A stretch of DNA of 64,000 bases, taken from contig NW_027590177.1 of the NCBI RefSeq assembly GCF_964213995.1, positions 124,001 to 188,000 of the forward strand, in the 5' to 3' direction. The translations under genes and the position numbers were made by a program. Within the stretch, counting starts at the first letter, position 1, and every line of letters starts with the position of its first letter. Below are positions 25,323 through 37,014 of this stretch, piece after piece. This stretch comes from Mustelus asterias (lineage: Eukaryota). Below the pieces are notes generated by a model. The model did not search any database. It had not been told where the DNA came from and saw only the letters and a list, made by a program, of their open reading frames with translations.

Positions 25323-26981
25323 TGAATATAGCTGAGGAGGACACTGGGTTGCAAGGGAGTAGAATAGACAGTATTACAGTTGATAAGGAGGATGTGCAGG
25401 ATATTCTGGAGGGTCTGAAAATAGATAAATCCCCTGGTCCGGATGGGATTTATCCAAGGATTCTCTGGGAGGCAAGAGAAGTGATTGCAGAGCCTCTGGC
25501 TCTGATCTTCAGGTCGTCGTTGGCCTCTGGTATAGTACCAGAAGATTGGAGGTTAGCGAATGTTGTCCCATTGTTTAAGAAGGGGAACAGAGACTTCCCC
25601 GGGAATTATAGACCGGTGAGTCTCACTTCTGTTGTCGGCAAGATGTTGGAAAAAATTATAAGGGATAGGATTTATAGTTATTTGGAGAGTAATGAATTGA
25701 TAGGTGATAGTCAGCATGGTTTTGTGGCAGGTAGGTCGTGCCTTACTAACCTTATTGAGTTTTTTGAGAAAGTGACCAAGGAGGTGGATGGGGGCAAGGC
25801 AGTGGACGTGGTATATATGGATTTTAGTAAGGCGTTTGATAAGGTTCACCATGGTAGGCTTCTGCAGAAAATGCAGATGTATGGGATTGGGGGTGATCTA
25901 GGAAATTGGATCAGGAATTGGCTAGCGGATAGGAAACAGAGGGTGGTGGTTGATAGTAAATATTCATCATGGAGTGCGGTTACAAGTGGTGTACCTCAGG
26001 GATCTGTTTTGGGGCCACTGCTGTTTGTAATATTTATTAATGATCTGGATGAGGGTATAGTTGGGTGGATTAGCAAATTTGCTGATGACACCAAAGTCGG
26101 TGGTGTGGTAGACAGTGAGGAAGGGTGTCGTAGTTTGCAGGAAGGCTTAGACAGGTTGCAAAGTTGGGCCGAGAGGTGGCGGATGGAGTTTAATGCGGAG
26201 AAGTGTGAGGTAATTCACTTTGGTAGGAATAACAGATGTGTTGAGTATAGGGCTAACGGGAGGACTTTGAATAGTGTGGAGGAGCAGAGGGATCTAGGTG
26301 TATGTGTGCATAGATCCCTGAAAGTTGGGAATCAAGTAGATAAGGTTGTTAAGAAGGCATATGGTGTCTTGGCGTTTATTGGTAGGGGGATTGAATTTAG
26401 GAGTCGTAGCGTTATGTTGCAACTGTACACAACTCTGGTGCGGCCGCACTTGGAGTACTGTGTGCAGTTCTGGTCCCCACATTACAGGAAGGATGTGGAG
26501 GCTTTGGAGAGGGTGCAGAGGAGGTTTACCAGGATGTTGCCTGGTATGGAGGGGAGATCCTATGAGGAGAGGCTGAGGGATTTGGGATTGTTTTCGCTGG
26601 AAAGGCGGCGGCTAAGAGGGGATCTTATTGAAACATATAAGATGATTAGAGGTTTAGATAGGGTGGATAGTGATAGCCTTTTTCCTCTGATGGAGAAATC
26701 CAGCACGAGGGGGCATGGCTTTAAATTGAGGGGGGGTAGTTATAGAACCGATGTCAGGGGTAGGTTCTTTACCCAGAGGGTGGTGAGGGATTGGAATGCC
26801 CTGCCAGCATCAGTAGTAAATGCGCCTAGTTTGGGGGCGTTTAAGAGATCCGTAGATAGGTTCATGGACGAAAAGAAATTGGTTTAGGTTGGAGGGTCAC
26901 AGTTTTTTTTTTAACTGGTCGGTGCAACATCGTGGGCCGAAGGGCCTGTTCTGCGCTGTAATGTTCTATGTTCTATGTTCT
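25323..26981 (+). mobile_element. 5'-truncated young CR1 with an open RT region, inserted in an HE1 SINE
   Basis: Stop-free RT to C-terminus within ORF 25289-26887; (tgttcta)3 tail. The SINE head at 25304-25322 resumes at 26982. Confidence 0.92.
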
Positions 26982-27305
26982 ATTAGCACTGCTGCTTCAC
27001 AGCTCCAGGGACCTGGGTTCGATTCCCAGCTTGGGTCGCTGTCTGTGTGGAGTTTGCACATTCTCCTCGTGTCTGCGAGGGTTTCCTCCGGGTGCTCCAG
27101 TTTCCTCCCAGAGTCCAAAGATGTGCGGGTTAGGTTGATTGGCCATGCTAAAATTGCCCCTTAGTGTCCTGAGATGCGTAGGTTAGAGGGATTAGCGGGT
27201 AAATATGTAGGGATAAGGGGGTAGGGCTTGTGTGGGATTGTGGTCGGTGCAGACTCGATGGGCCAAATGGCCTCTTTCTGCACTGTAGGGCTTCTATGAT
27301 ATTCT
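26982..27305 (+). mobile_element. HE1-type V-SINE (head displaced to 25304-25322)
   Basis: Body and tail intact. Confidence 0.88.
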
Positions 27306-28352
27306 AATCTGCTGTGATATTCTGCTGAATTGTAATATATTAGTATCATGTTACTGGCTTTGTCTGTAACTGCATTCTTATTTGACAAGTGAAATACATC
27401 ACATGACCCGAGGCCGGTGTAAAGCTTCACTTTTATACTTTAATTACAGAGTCCTGTGGATCCCATCAACTCTGGATGAGCTGAGGTCTGGAACTGTTAA
27501 CCCCTCAGCCATTGACAATAACAGTTATACTTGAATTAGAGGCCATATTGTGTGAAGAAACCAGCTGTGAAGTTTCAAACCTTCAGCACTGTGTCGTAAA
27601 TTAATGTATCCTTTTAACTTGTAATATCTTAAAAGAAGCAGTTACTTTCCTTCACACTATATCACCATATTTGGTTTGAAAAATTAAAGATTTCAGTTCT
27701 CCAGTTTTCATAACACAGTAGTTATTCTGACTCATTAGTTTTGAACATTTATCAATTGAATGTATCATACTGTATTTGTGTTTCCTGCTATCTCACCTTT
27801 TACACACTGATTTGATGCCCACTATCTTTGGATTTCAGATCTGAAGTAACTTTGTAATTTCTGTATTAGTTTAAGGCTGTGTGTCACTTTGTGTCCTTTT
27901 AATTAACTGTGTTCCAAGCTCTGGCAACCACTACAAAAACCAGCAAGCACTTTCTTTAACCAAAATATACTGATAGTCACCTGCCCCAATGAGAACTCTA
28001 CAGGATTTCTACACATCAATTAGACATTTGAGACAATGAACCCAAATGTTAACCATTGGGATTTGACACCATAAGCTTGCTTTTCTCAAATAAGTGACAA
28101 AGAAGATATCTTTAGGCCCCCATTATCTCAGTACGAAGCCATAAAATTTAATAAAATGACAGGAAAGGTTATAACGTGGGGCAAACTCCGAAAGTAACTG
28201 ATACATTAGAGGGCCAGTCGGGAGGTTGCAGGAAATGATCGGTAGATGACCATCACCATGAAGAAACCAATCAGAAACTGATTCAACACCACCGACATCA
28301 ATCAGGGACATCTTTCTTGTGTCCAACCAAATAAACAAAATCAGCTGAACTT

Positions 28353-28635
28353 ATGGTTGCTCTGAGAGGACACAGGTTTAAGGTGCTGGGGGGTAGGTAC
28401 AGGGGAAATGTTAGGGGGAAGTTTTTCACACAGAGGGTGGTGGGCGAGTGGAATCGGCTGCTGTCAGTGGTGGTGGAGGCAAACTCAATAGGGTCTTTTA
28501 AGAGACTCCTGGATGAGTACATGGGACTTAATATGATGGAGAGTTATAGGTAGGCCTAAAAGGTAGGGATATGTTCGGCACAACTTGTGGGGCCGAAGGG
28601 CCTGTTTTTGTGCTGTAGTTTTTCTATGTTTCTAA
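28353..28635 (+). mobile_element. CR1 3' end
   Basis: RGH..FFTQRVVGEWNRL followed by a tail. Confidence 0.82.
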
Positions 28636-28639
28636 CTTA

Positions 28640-28924
28640 GGGACAACTCAAAAGGGGCAGCTCCCTAAAAGGAGGGGAACCGCCCGAAACAAAAAACAAA
28701 GCGGAAAGGAAACTTAAAACATCAAATTAAAATGTGATTAAAGGGGTCAATAACACACCCCAGTCCCTGCAGTGCCCAGTGGGCATGGAAGGCTTCAGTG
28801 GTGCCCTCGGACACTGCATGCTTCCTTTCCAGGGACACCTGGCCATGAATATAGCTGCGGTAGAGGGGGCAGACAGTCAGGTTGAAGACCCCTTCGATCG
28901 CCCTCTGTCTGGACCTGTAGATGG
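28640..28924 (-). mobile_element. Tx1-like (L1 clade) LINE 3' end
   Basis: Minus strand translates IYRSRQRAIEG..LYRSYIHGQVSLERKHAVSEGTTEAFHAHWA..ILI* (stop at 28722-28724), resembling Tx1 ORF2 C-termini. Confidence 0.65.
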
Positions 28925-29129
28925 AATTAAATCAATCAGAGACTGATCATGTGAACCAGAGTTCAGGAACACCATTGATCATGTACAAGGGGCTGTGTCC
29001 AGAAAAGGTTAATAAATATCAGCTTTCAGCTGCCCGGTTCACCGCCCAGAGAAGCTGAGTAGGAAGAAGATAGACAACAGTCTATCTGTATTATGTCACC
29101 CAGTGGCGGCATGTAGATGAGAAACAGGA

Positions 29130-29615
29130 GGGGCAAAGGATAAACACTTGGGGGACACCTAGTTCAGGGGCTTTGGAGAGGAAAGAGAGGTTGGAGATGG
29201 GGTAGTAGTTGGCAAAGACTGTGGGATTTGAGTGTTTTTTTAGGATTGGTGATGACAGTAGATTTGAAAGTGAGAGGGACAGTGAGAGAGAAAAGAGAGA
29301 ACTGTCAACAATATCACCTAATGTGGGGAAGGTGGATGATCAGCAGTTTAGTGAGAATAGGGTTGATGGAGCACAAGGTGGTTCCCATGGACAAGATGCA
29401 GAGGGCATGAAGGGAGATAGGAAAGAAACTGGAGAAAGCTGTAAGTTCTGGGCTTGGGCAAGATGGAACTTTAAACACGGTTTGTCCCAGTGGGCTAGTG
29501 GAAGGGAGGGAAGCAGCAGAGGCAGCTGATCAGATTGTCCCAATCTTACAAAGAAGCTCCATGAGCTCCTCACACTTGGAGGTGAGGATGGAAGAGACAG
29601 GGGAGCGTGAGAACC
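29130..29615 (-). mobile_element. Old L2-like LINE fragment downstream of Z4
   Basis: Inverse-homologous to about 52900-53100 downstream of Z6 (gagacaatctgatcagctgcctctgctgcttcc). Confidence 0.6.
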
Positions 29616-29689
29616 CTTCAGAAGGAAATAACATATGTTAAAGGAGTTAAAAGATTAAACACTGTTAACACAAAGCTAATTTATTGAAA

Positions 29690-30802
29690 TTACTTGTGAA
29701 TTCGCTGGTGTCTCAGAAGGTTGGATGACTGAGTGAATCTCTTCCCACACTTGGGGCAGGTGAACGGCCTTTCCCTGGTGTGAACTCGCTGGTGTGTCAG
29801 CAGGGAGGATGACTGAGTGAATCCCTTCCCACACTGGGAGCAGGTGAATGGTTTCTCCCCAGTGTGAACTCGCTGATGTACAGTGAGGTCAGATGATGTC
29901 TTGAACCCAGTGTCACAGTGAGAGCACCTGAATGGTTTCTCGTCAGTGTGAACACGTTGATGGCGCATCTGTTCCCCAGAACTTTTAAAGCACTTCTCAC
30001 AGTCTGGGCATTTAAAAGGTCTCTCCTCAGTGTGAACTCGTTGATGGTGGAGCAGTTGTCGGGAACTTTTGTAGCACTTCCTGCAGTCTGGACATTGAAA
30101 TGGTCTCTTCTCATTGTGAACACTCTGGTGATTCAGCAGAGTGGATAATTGAGTGAATCCCTTTCCACACTCAGAACAGGTGAAAGGTCTCTCCCCAGTG
30201 TGAATTCGCTGGTGTGTCCGCAGGTTAGATGACCGACTGAACCCATGCCCACACACAGAGCAGGTGAATGGCCTCTCCCCGGTGTGAGTACACTGGTGTT
30301 CAATGAGTTGAGATGATTGTTTCAACCCAGTCCCACAATGAGAGCATCTGAATGGCCTCTCCTCACTGTGAGCACGTTGATGGAGTATCAGGTCCCGGGA
30401 ACTTTTATAGCACTTCCCACAGTCTGGACATTTAAATGGTCTCTCGTCAGTGTGAACTCGCTGGTGCGCCATCAAGTCAGAGGACCGAGCAAATCCTTTC
30501 CCACACTCTGAGCAAGTGAATGGTCTCTTCCCAGTGTGAACTTGCTGGTGTCTCAGCAGGTTGCCTGACTGAGCGAATCCCTTCCCACAGTTGGAACAAT
30601 TGAAAGGTCTCTCTCCAGTGTGAACTCGCTGGTGTTGCAGCAGGCTGGATGAGCGAGAGAATCCCTTCCCACACTTGGAGCAAGTGAATGACCTCTCCCC
30701 AGTGTGTCTGGGCCAATGAGTTTCCAGTTCCGATGGGGATCTGAATCCCTCCCCACATTCCCACTGTTTCTCCCCACTGTGAATGGTGCTTTTTCCTTCC
30801 AT
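29690..30802 (-). CDS. C2H2 ZNF, 12 intact fingers + 1 degenerate (Z4, MEGKS type)
   Basis: ATG at 30802; uninterrupted array; acceptor tttcacag near 30913. Confidence 0.9.
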   Translation of the reverse strand: MEGKSTIHSGEKQWECGEGFRSPSELETHWPRHTGERSFTCSKCGKGFSRSSSLLQHQRVHTGERPFNCSNCGKGFAQSGNLLRHQQVHTGKRPFTCSECGKGFARSSDLMAHQRVHTDERPFKCPDCGKCYKSSRDLILHQRAHSEERPFRCSHCGTGLKQSSQLIEHQCTHTGERPFTCSVCGHGFSRSSNLRTHQRIHTGERPFTCSECGKGFTQLSTLLNHQSVHNEKRPFQCPDCRKCYKSSRQLLHHQRVHTEERPFKCPDCEKCFKSSGEQMRHQRVHTDEKPFRCSHCDTGFKTSSDLTVHQRVHTGEKPFTCSQCGKGFTQSSSLLTHQRVHTRERPFTCPKCGKRFTQSSNLLRHQRIHK

Positions 30803-31429
30803 GTTCAAAACTCACAAATATTCAGCTTACAATAAATTGGGTGACTCCAATCTGATCCTGATGTGATGTTTGGTTTGAGTTTTCTGATTGGAAATCCTCC
30901 GCTTCAGATAATCTGTGAAATTGATTTTAAACAGAAAACGGGATGAGAAAGAACTCACAAAGGCAGGTTGTGAAATTGAGCTGAATGAATCTGGTAAATT
31001 GTGGGGCTGGCACCAGGAAAAAGTGACCATGAAATCTGTTTGATCTTTTGTCAGAAATGAAATGGTCACTAATGTCCTTCAGGGAAGAAAGCCTGCCTCC
31101 GGTCTGAGTCTACACAAGAAATAGGAGCAGGAGTAGGCCATTTGGCCTGTCGAGGCTGCTCTGCCATTCAACACACATCTCATCATCTCAGCCTTAAATA
31201 TATTCACTGATGGAACCCTCTGGGCTAGAGAAATCTATGTCACAAGAGAGACAGTGAGAGAAAGCAAAACAGACAGAAAGAGACAGGGAGAGAGGGGGGC
31301 AAATGGGAGGCATTTTTATAGACCTAGAACTGAACCTCCTAAGCCCTCAACCTCCACCATCTGGATTGTCCAGGGCAGCAGGAGTATTTCAAAACCATTA
31401 CCTGTAAGTTCCCCTCTGAGCTCACACCA

Positions 31430-31790
31430 TCCGAACTTGTCTGACATCCAAGATTAGATGAGCAGAAATGTCCTCCATTTAAATATTGACAAGACTGAGC
31501 CCATTTCCTTCAGTCCCCTCGACAAACTCCAGTCCCTAGCCATCAACTCCATCCCAGTCCCTGCCAAATGTCTGAGACTGAAACAGGAGGTTTGCAGTCA
31601 TGGTGAAATATTTCACCCCAGATGATCTTCCAAACTGATCCACATCAGCACCAAAATCACCTATTTTCACCTCAGTAACATCGCCCAATTACACGTTAGC
31701 CTCAGTTTATCCACTGCAAAAACCATCATCCATTCCTTTGTTACCTCTAGACCAAGTTATTCAAACACACTCCCAGCTGGCTTTCAACAT
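31430..31790 (+). mobile_element. Old L2-like fragment in the Z4 intron
   Basis: L2-type C-terminal DNA (aaatattgacaagactga; cctttgttacctctagac); homologues at about 40660-40890 and 51030-51320. Confidence 0.6.
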
Positions 31791-31799
31791 TAAACAACC

Positions 31800-33135
31800 C
31801 CCTCCAGGCAGGTAAAATCACTGCCTCCAATGCGCTCAACATATTCTATGCCCATTTTGAGCAAGAGGTCAGTGAGAGCACGCCCTCCATCCCGGAAGCT
31901 CCGACGAACCTGTATTCGAGCTCACCACTGCTGACATCAGAACAGCCGTCTCAAAAGTCAACCCATGGCAAGTGACTACCCGGATGGACTATCTGGACGA
32001 GGGCTCAGATCTTGTGTAGACCAGCTCACAGGGGTATTCATAGACATCTTTAACCTCTTTTTACACCAATCTGGTGTCCTTATCTGCTTCAAGAAGGCAA
32101 ACATCATCCCGATACCAAAGAAAAGCCAGGCAGCGTGCCTTAATGACTGTTGCCCAGTGGCTCTGACATCCATCAGTATGAAGTGCTTCTAAAGGTGAGT
32201 CATGCCTCAAAATTAATTTCGACCTCCCAGATTGCCTGGATCCACTACAGTTTGCCCATCGCCGCAACAGGTCCATAGCAGACACTAACTATCTCCTTGG
32301 CCCTACACTCAACACCTGGAACACCTGAATAACAAAGACACTTATGTCAGGTTCCTACTCATTAACATTATTCTGACAGAACTCATCTCCAAACCGTGTG
32401 GCCTGGGGCTCAGCTCCTCCCTCTGTGACTGGATCCTAGACTTCCTAACCCACAGACCACAATCAGTAAAAATAGGCAACAACATCTTCTCCACAATCAT
32501 CTTCACACAGGTGCCCCACAAGGCTGTGTCCTCAGCCCTTTAATATGCTCCTTATACACCTATGACTGTGTGGACAAATTCCCTTCCAACTCAATTTCCA
32601 AGTTTGCTGATGACACCATCATAGTGGATTGGATCTCAAACAATGATGAGACAGAGTACAGGAAAGTGATAGAGAAGCTGGTGAACTGGTGCGGCGACAA
32701 TAATCTCTCCCTCAATGTCAAAAGGAAGGAGATAGTCGTTGACTTCAAGAAGCCGAGTGGAGGACACGCCCCTGTCTACATCAATGGAGATGAAGTGGAA
32801 ATGGTCGACAGCTTCAAGTTTCTAGGTGTCCAAATCACCAACAGCCTGTCCTGGTCCCGCCACGCTGATGCTATAGTTAAGAAAGCCCACCAACGCCTCT
32901 ACTTTCACAGCTTCTTCTTTGCTGTCATCAGACTTCTGAATGGACCTATCTTATACACCCCCAGCTATGATTGTAACACTACATTCTGTACACTCTCCTT
33001 TCCGTCTCCCCTATGCATTCTATGAATGGTATGTTTCTGTCTGTCCAGCACAAGAACAATACTTTTCAACTTCATAGTAATACTTGTGACAATAATAAAT
33101 CAAATCAATCAAATGTGACAATAATAAATCAAATC
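31800..33135 (+). mobile_element. Rex1/Babar-type LINE, degenerate RT and 3' end
   Basis: PDGLSGRGLRSCVDQLTGVFIDIFNL..PVALTS..MKCF; FADDT; FKFLGV; tail gtgacaataataaatcaaatc. Confidence 0.85.
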
Positions 33136-33339
33136 CCTTAAGACTCTTTAAAACTCACCACTTGTCCAATCTTTTGGTCATCTGTGCTAATATATCCTGA
33201 TGTATCTGGATGTTCCTGTGAAGTGCACTGGGATGATTTCTGATGTTAAGGATTTTAAATAAATAGAAGTTGTTGTTGACTGGAACCCTGACTTCCTGTT
33301 TTACAACCCATTGATTTCAATCTGAGGCTTTGCTCCTGC

Positions 33340-33985
33340 GGCTTTGCAGCCTGAGCCTAGCATCGGCAGTGCGCATGCTCCAGCTCACCCGGGGAGTGAT
33401 TGACGGCGGCTCTGGACCAATAGAAAGAGTGGGCGGGGCTGGAGGACCGAGCAGGAGAGGCTGGTCCTCCAGCCAATCGGAGTGAACGAGGGGCGGGTCT
33501 AGGCGCGAACACTCCTGTTGTGACTGAGAACATGCGCAGTGCCGATGAGAACTCACGATCGAGGCGGTTGTGGAGATTCTCAGCCGGTGAGATACCGTGG
33601 GATGGGTCATGAGGGAGGGATGGAGCCGGCGGGTAGGTTTGGAGGCCTCATAAACATCCCGTGCGGGCCGAAGCTCCGATGCGGCGTTTGTAGCGGCGGA
33701 AGCTGCTCAGGCTTTTCCCCGAGACAGGCCCGTGTAAACAGCCGCCATATTTACTGGTGTGGAGATGCCGGCGTTGGACTGGAGATAAACACAGTGAGAA
33801 GTCTCACAACAGCAGGTTAAAGTCCAACAGGGTTATTTGGTAGCAAAATATTTGGCTCAGAACACCAGGACTTTAACCTGATGTTGTGAGACTTATTACT
33901 GTATTTACTGGGGACAGTGTGCGGCCGGGCGCATGCGCAATGAGGGAGAGTTAAGAGATTCCAGACGTCACAATGGAATGGGTGA
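33340..33985. promoter_or_regulatory. Probably bidirectional promoter module P3 (between Z4 and Z5)
   Basis: Two CCAAT boxes and two GC boxes; NRF1-type motifs in both orientations; + strand donor gtgaga at 33587; gccgccat; gacgtca. Confidence 0.78.
33758..33901. mobile_element. Penelope-type inverted terminus inserted in promoter module P3
   Basis: Same family as 4736-4863; tatttactgg at 33748-33757 and 33902-33911. Confidence 0.75.
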
Positions 33986-33987
33986 GG

Positions 33988-34228
33988 GTTTGATTTGATT
34001 TATTGTCACATGTATTAACATACAGTGAAAAGTATTGTTTCTTGCGCACTACACAGACAAAACATACCGTTCATAGAGAAGGAAATGAGAGAGTGCAGAA
34101 TGTAGTGTTACAGTCACAGCGAGAGTGTAGAGAAAGATCAACTGAATGCAAGGTAAGTCCATTCAAAAGACTGACAGCAGCAGAGAAGAAGCTGTTTTCG
34201 AGTCGGTTGGTACGTGACCTCAGACTTG
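33988..34228 (-). mobile_element. Rex1-type 3' end
   Basis: Reverse complement of the same tail. Another + strand copy lies at about 9270-9400. Confidence 0.78.
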
Positions 34229-35335
34229 GAACACAGAACAGTACAGCACAGAACAGGCCCTTCGGCCCACGATGTTGTGCCGAGCTTTATCTGAAACCAA
34301 GATCAAGCTATCCCGCTCCCTATCATCCTGGTGTGCTCCATGTGCCTATCCAATAACCGCTTAAATGTTCCTAAAGTGTCTGACTCCACTATCACTGCAG
34401 GCAGTCCATTCCACACCCCAACCACTCTCTGTGTAAAGAACCTACCTCTGATATCCTTCCTATATCTCCCACCACGAACCCTATAGTTATGCCCCCTTGT
34501 AATAGCTCCATTCACCCGAGGAAATAGTCTTTGAACGTTCACTATCTATCCCCTTCATCATTTTATAAACCTCTATTAAGTCTCCCCTCAGCCTCCTCCG
34601 CTCCAGAGAGAACAGCCCTAGCTCCCTCAACCTTTCCTCATAAGACCTACCCTCCAAACAGGCAGCATCCTGGTAAATCTCCTCTGCACTCTTTCCAGCG
34701 CTTCCACATCCTTCTTATAGTGAGGTGACCAGAACTGCACACAATATTCCAAATGTGGTCTCACTAAGGTCCTGTACAGTTGCTGCATAACCCCACTGCT
34801 CTTAAACGCCAACCCCCTGTTAATAAAAGCTAACACACTATAGGCCTTCTTCACAGCTCTATCCACTTGAGTGGCAACCTTCAGAGATCTGTGGATCTGG
34901 ACCCCAAGATCTCTCTGTTCATCCACAGTCTTCAGAACCCTACCTTTGACCCTGTAATCCACATTTAAATTAGTCCTACCAAAATGAATCACCTCACATT
35001 TATCAGGGTTAAACTCCATTTCCCATTTTTCAGCCCAGCTTTGCATCCTATCAATATCTCTTTGCAGCCTACAACAGCCCTCCACCTCATCCACTACTCC
35101 ACCAATCTTGGTGTCATCAGCAAATCTACTGATCCACCCTTCAGCCCCCTCCTCTAAGTCATTAATAAAAATCACAAAGAGCAAAGGACCAAGCACTGAT
35201 CCCTGTGGCACTCCACTAGCAACCTGCCTCCAGTCCAAAAATTTTCCATCCACTACCACCCTCTGTCTCCGATCAAACAGCCAGTTACCTATCCAATCGG
35301 CCAACTTTCCCTCTATCCCACACTCCTCACTTTCA
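34229..35335 (-). mobile_element. 5'-truncated CR1, same subfamily as 55187-59605
   Basis: Near-identical to about 55195-56295; RT motifs in ORF 34627-35427. Confidence 0.9.
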
Positions 35336-35499
35336 TCCTGTGCTGACCATGATGCCTTAATTTTTAAAAAAATCAGCTGAGATTGGGTGGGGGGGGGGGG
35401 GGGGGGGGTGGAGTCAGGTGATGTCACTGAGGTGCAAGAACAGACAAAAGTACAGACAGGAACAGGCCCTTTGGCCCTCCAAGCCTGTGCTGACCATGA

Positions 35500-35762
35500 C
35501 CAGACTAGGAAAATGGGCTGAAAAATGGCAAATGGAATTTAACGCAGACAAGTGTGAGATATTGCACTTTGGAAGGACAAATCAAAGTAGAACATACAGG
35601 GTAAATGGTAGGACTCTGAAGAGTGCAGTTGAACAGAGGGATCTGGGAATACAGGTACAGAATTCCCTAAAAGTGACGTCACAGGTGGATAGGGTCGTAA
35701 AGAGTGCCTTTATAAATCGGAGTATCGAGTATAAAAGTTGGAGTGTTATGGTAAGGTTATAT
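35500..35762 (+). mobile_element. 5' piece of a truncated CR1 copy interrupted by the full-length element of the same subfamily
   Basis: Nearly identical to about 39052-39330, apart from a 15-nt deletion at a gccttt microhomology. Confidence 0.85.
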
Positions 35763-35957
35763 AGCAGCAGCCTGGGAAGGTTTTGGAGGGTTTAAAAGTA
35801 GGCCGCACCTTTGAGCGGGCAGTGGAGTGAGCAGGGGGCAGAGTGAGAGCTGAAGGGCTTTGGCTCAAAACAGGCTTCGGCGAGAACAGGCAGAGGCGAG
35901 AGTAAGTTTTTTCTTTCCCAGAAAGTTTATTCTTGTTTTTCCCCAGACTAAAAAAAA

Positions 35958-36899
35958 ATGCCAGGCAGGATGTTGGAATGCCCCTCTTGCAGGATGTGGG
36001 AGATCAGGGAGACCTCCGGTATCCCTGACGACAGCACCTGCAAAAGATGCATTCAGCTGCAGCTGCTAGCAAAGCGTGTTAGGGAACTGGAGAAGGAGCT
36101 TGATGACCTCCATCTAATTCGGGAGAATGAGAAGTTTATAGACAGTAGCTTTAGGGAGATAGTTACACCTAAGCAGCAGAGCACAGGTAATTGGGTTACT
36201 GTAAGGAGAGGAAATGGCAGTGTGAAAGGACAGGCAGAGCAGGGTTCCCCTGTGGCCATATCCCTCCACAACAGGTATACTGAATTGGATACTGTTGTGG
36301 GAGATGCTTTACCTGGGACAAGCTGCGACAGCCGGAACTCTGATACTGCGTCTGGTTCTACAGCGCAAAAGGGTGGGATGAAGAAGAGGAGAGCAGTAGT
36401 GATAGGGGACTCAATGGTCAGAGGTACAGACCGGAGGTTCTGTGGTCGGGACAGAGACTCCCGCATGGTTTGTTGCCTCCCAGGTGCCAAGGTCAGCGAT
36501 GTCTCTGATCGCGTGCACAGCATTCTAAAGTGGGAAGGTGATCAGCCAGATGTCGTGGTACACGTCGGTACTAATGACGTGGGAAGGAAGAGTGAGGAGG
36601 TCCTAAAGAGTGAGTACAAAGAGCTTGGAAGGAAGTTAAAAAGCAGGACCCCGAGGGTAGTAATCTCAGGATTGCTACCTGAGCCACATGCCAGTGAGGG
36701 CAGGAGTAGGATGCTTGGGCGGATAAACACGTGGCTGAGGAACTGGTGCAGGGGGCAGGGTTTCCAATTCTTGGATCATTGGGACCTCTTTTGGGGCAGG
36801 TGGGACCTGTACAAGAGAGACGGGTTACACCTAAACTACAAGGGGACCAATATACTTGCAGGGAGATTTGCTAGTGTTATTGGGGAGCGTTTAAACTAG
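35958..36899 (+). CDS. CR1 ORF1p (zinc finger/coiled coil + SGNH esterase-like domain)
   Basis: CPSC..CKRC, GDSM, HVGTND and DGLH. Confidence 0.9.
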   Translation: MPGRMLECPSCRMWEIRETSGIPDDSTCKRCIQLQLLAKRVRELEKELDDLHLIRENEKFIDSSFREIVTPKQQSTGNWVTVRRGNGSVKGQAEQGSPVAISLHNRYTELDTVVGDALPGTSCDSRNSDTASGSTAQKGGMKKRRAVVIGDSMVRGTDRRFCGRDRDSRMVCCLPGAKVSDVSDRVHSILKWEGDQPDVVVHVGTNDVGRKSEEVLKSEYKELGRKLKSRTPRVVISGLLPEPHASEGRSRMLGRINTWLRNWCRGQGFQFLDHWDLFWGRWDLYKRDGLHLNYKGTNILAGRFASVIGERLN

Positions 36900-37014
36900 A
36901 TTTGCAGGGGGTGGGAACCAGAGTGCCAGAGCAGATAGTGGAGCAGGGGTAAAAAGACAGGTTAGTTCAAGCAAAATCACAAATGGAAGGGTAGAGTGTG
37001 GTGGAAATAATTTT

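Noticed and set aside
27313-27935. AT-rich segment with TG..CA ends, a possible LTR
   Set aside because: No TSD, second copy or internal sequence supports it; left unannotated.
35384-35408. Poly-G runs (also 810-823) as G-quadruplex elements
   Set aside because: Simple homopolymers at or within repeat remnants, of unreliable length.
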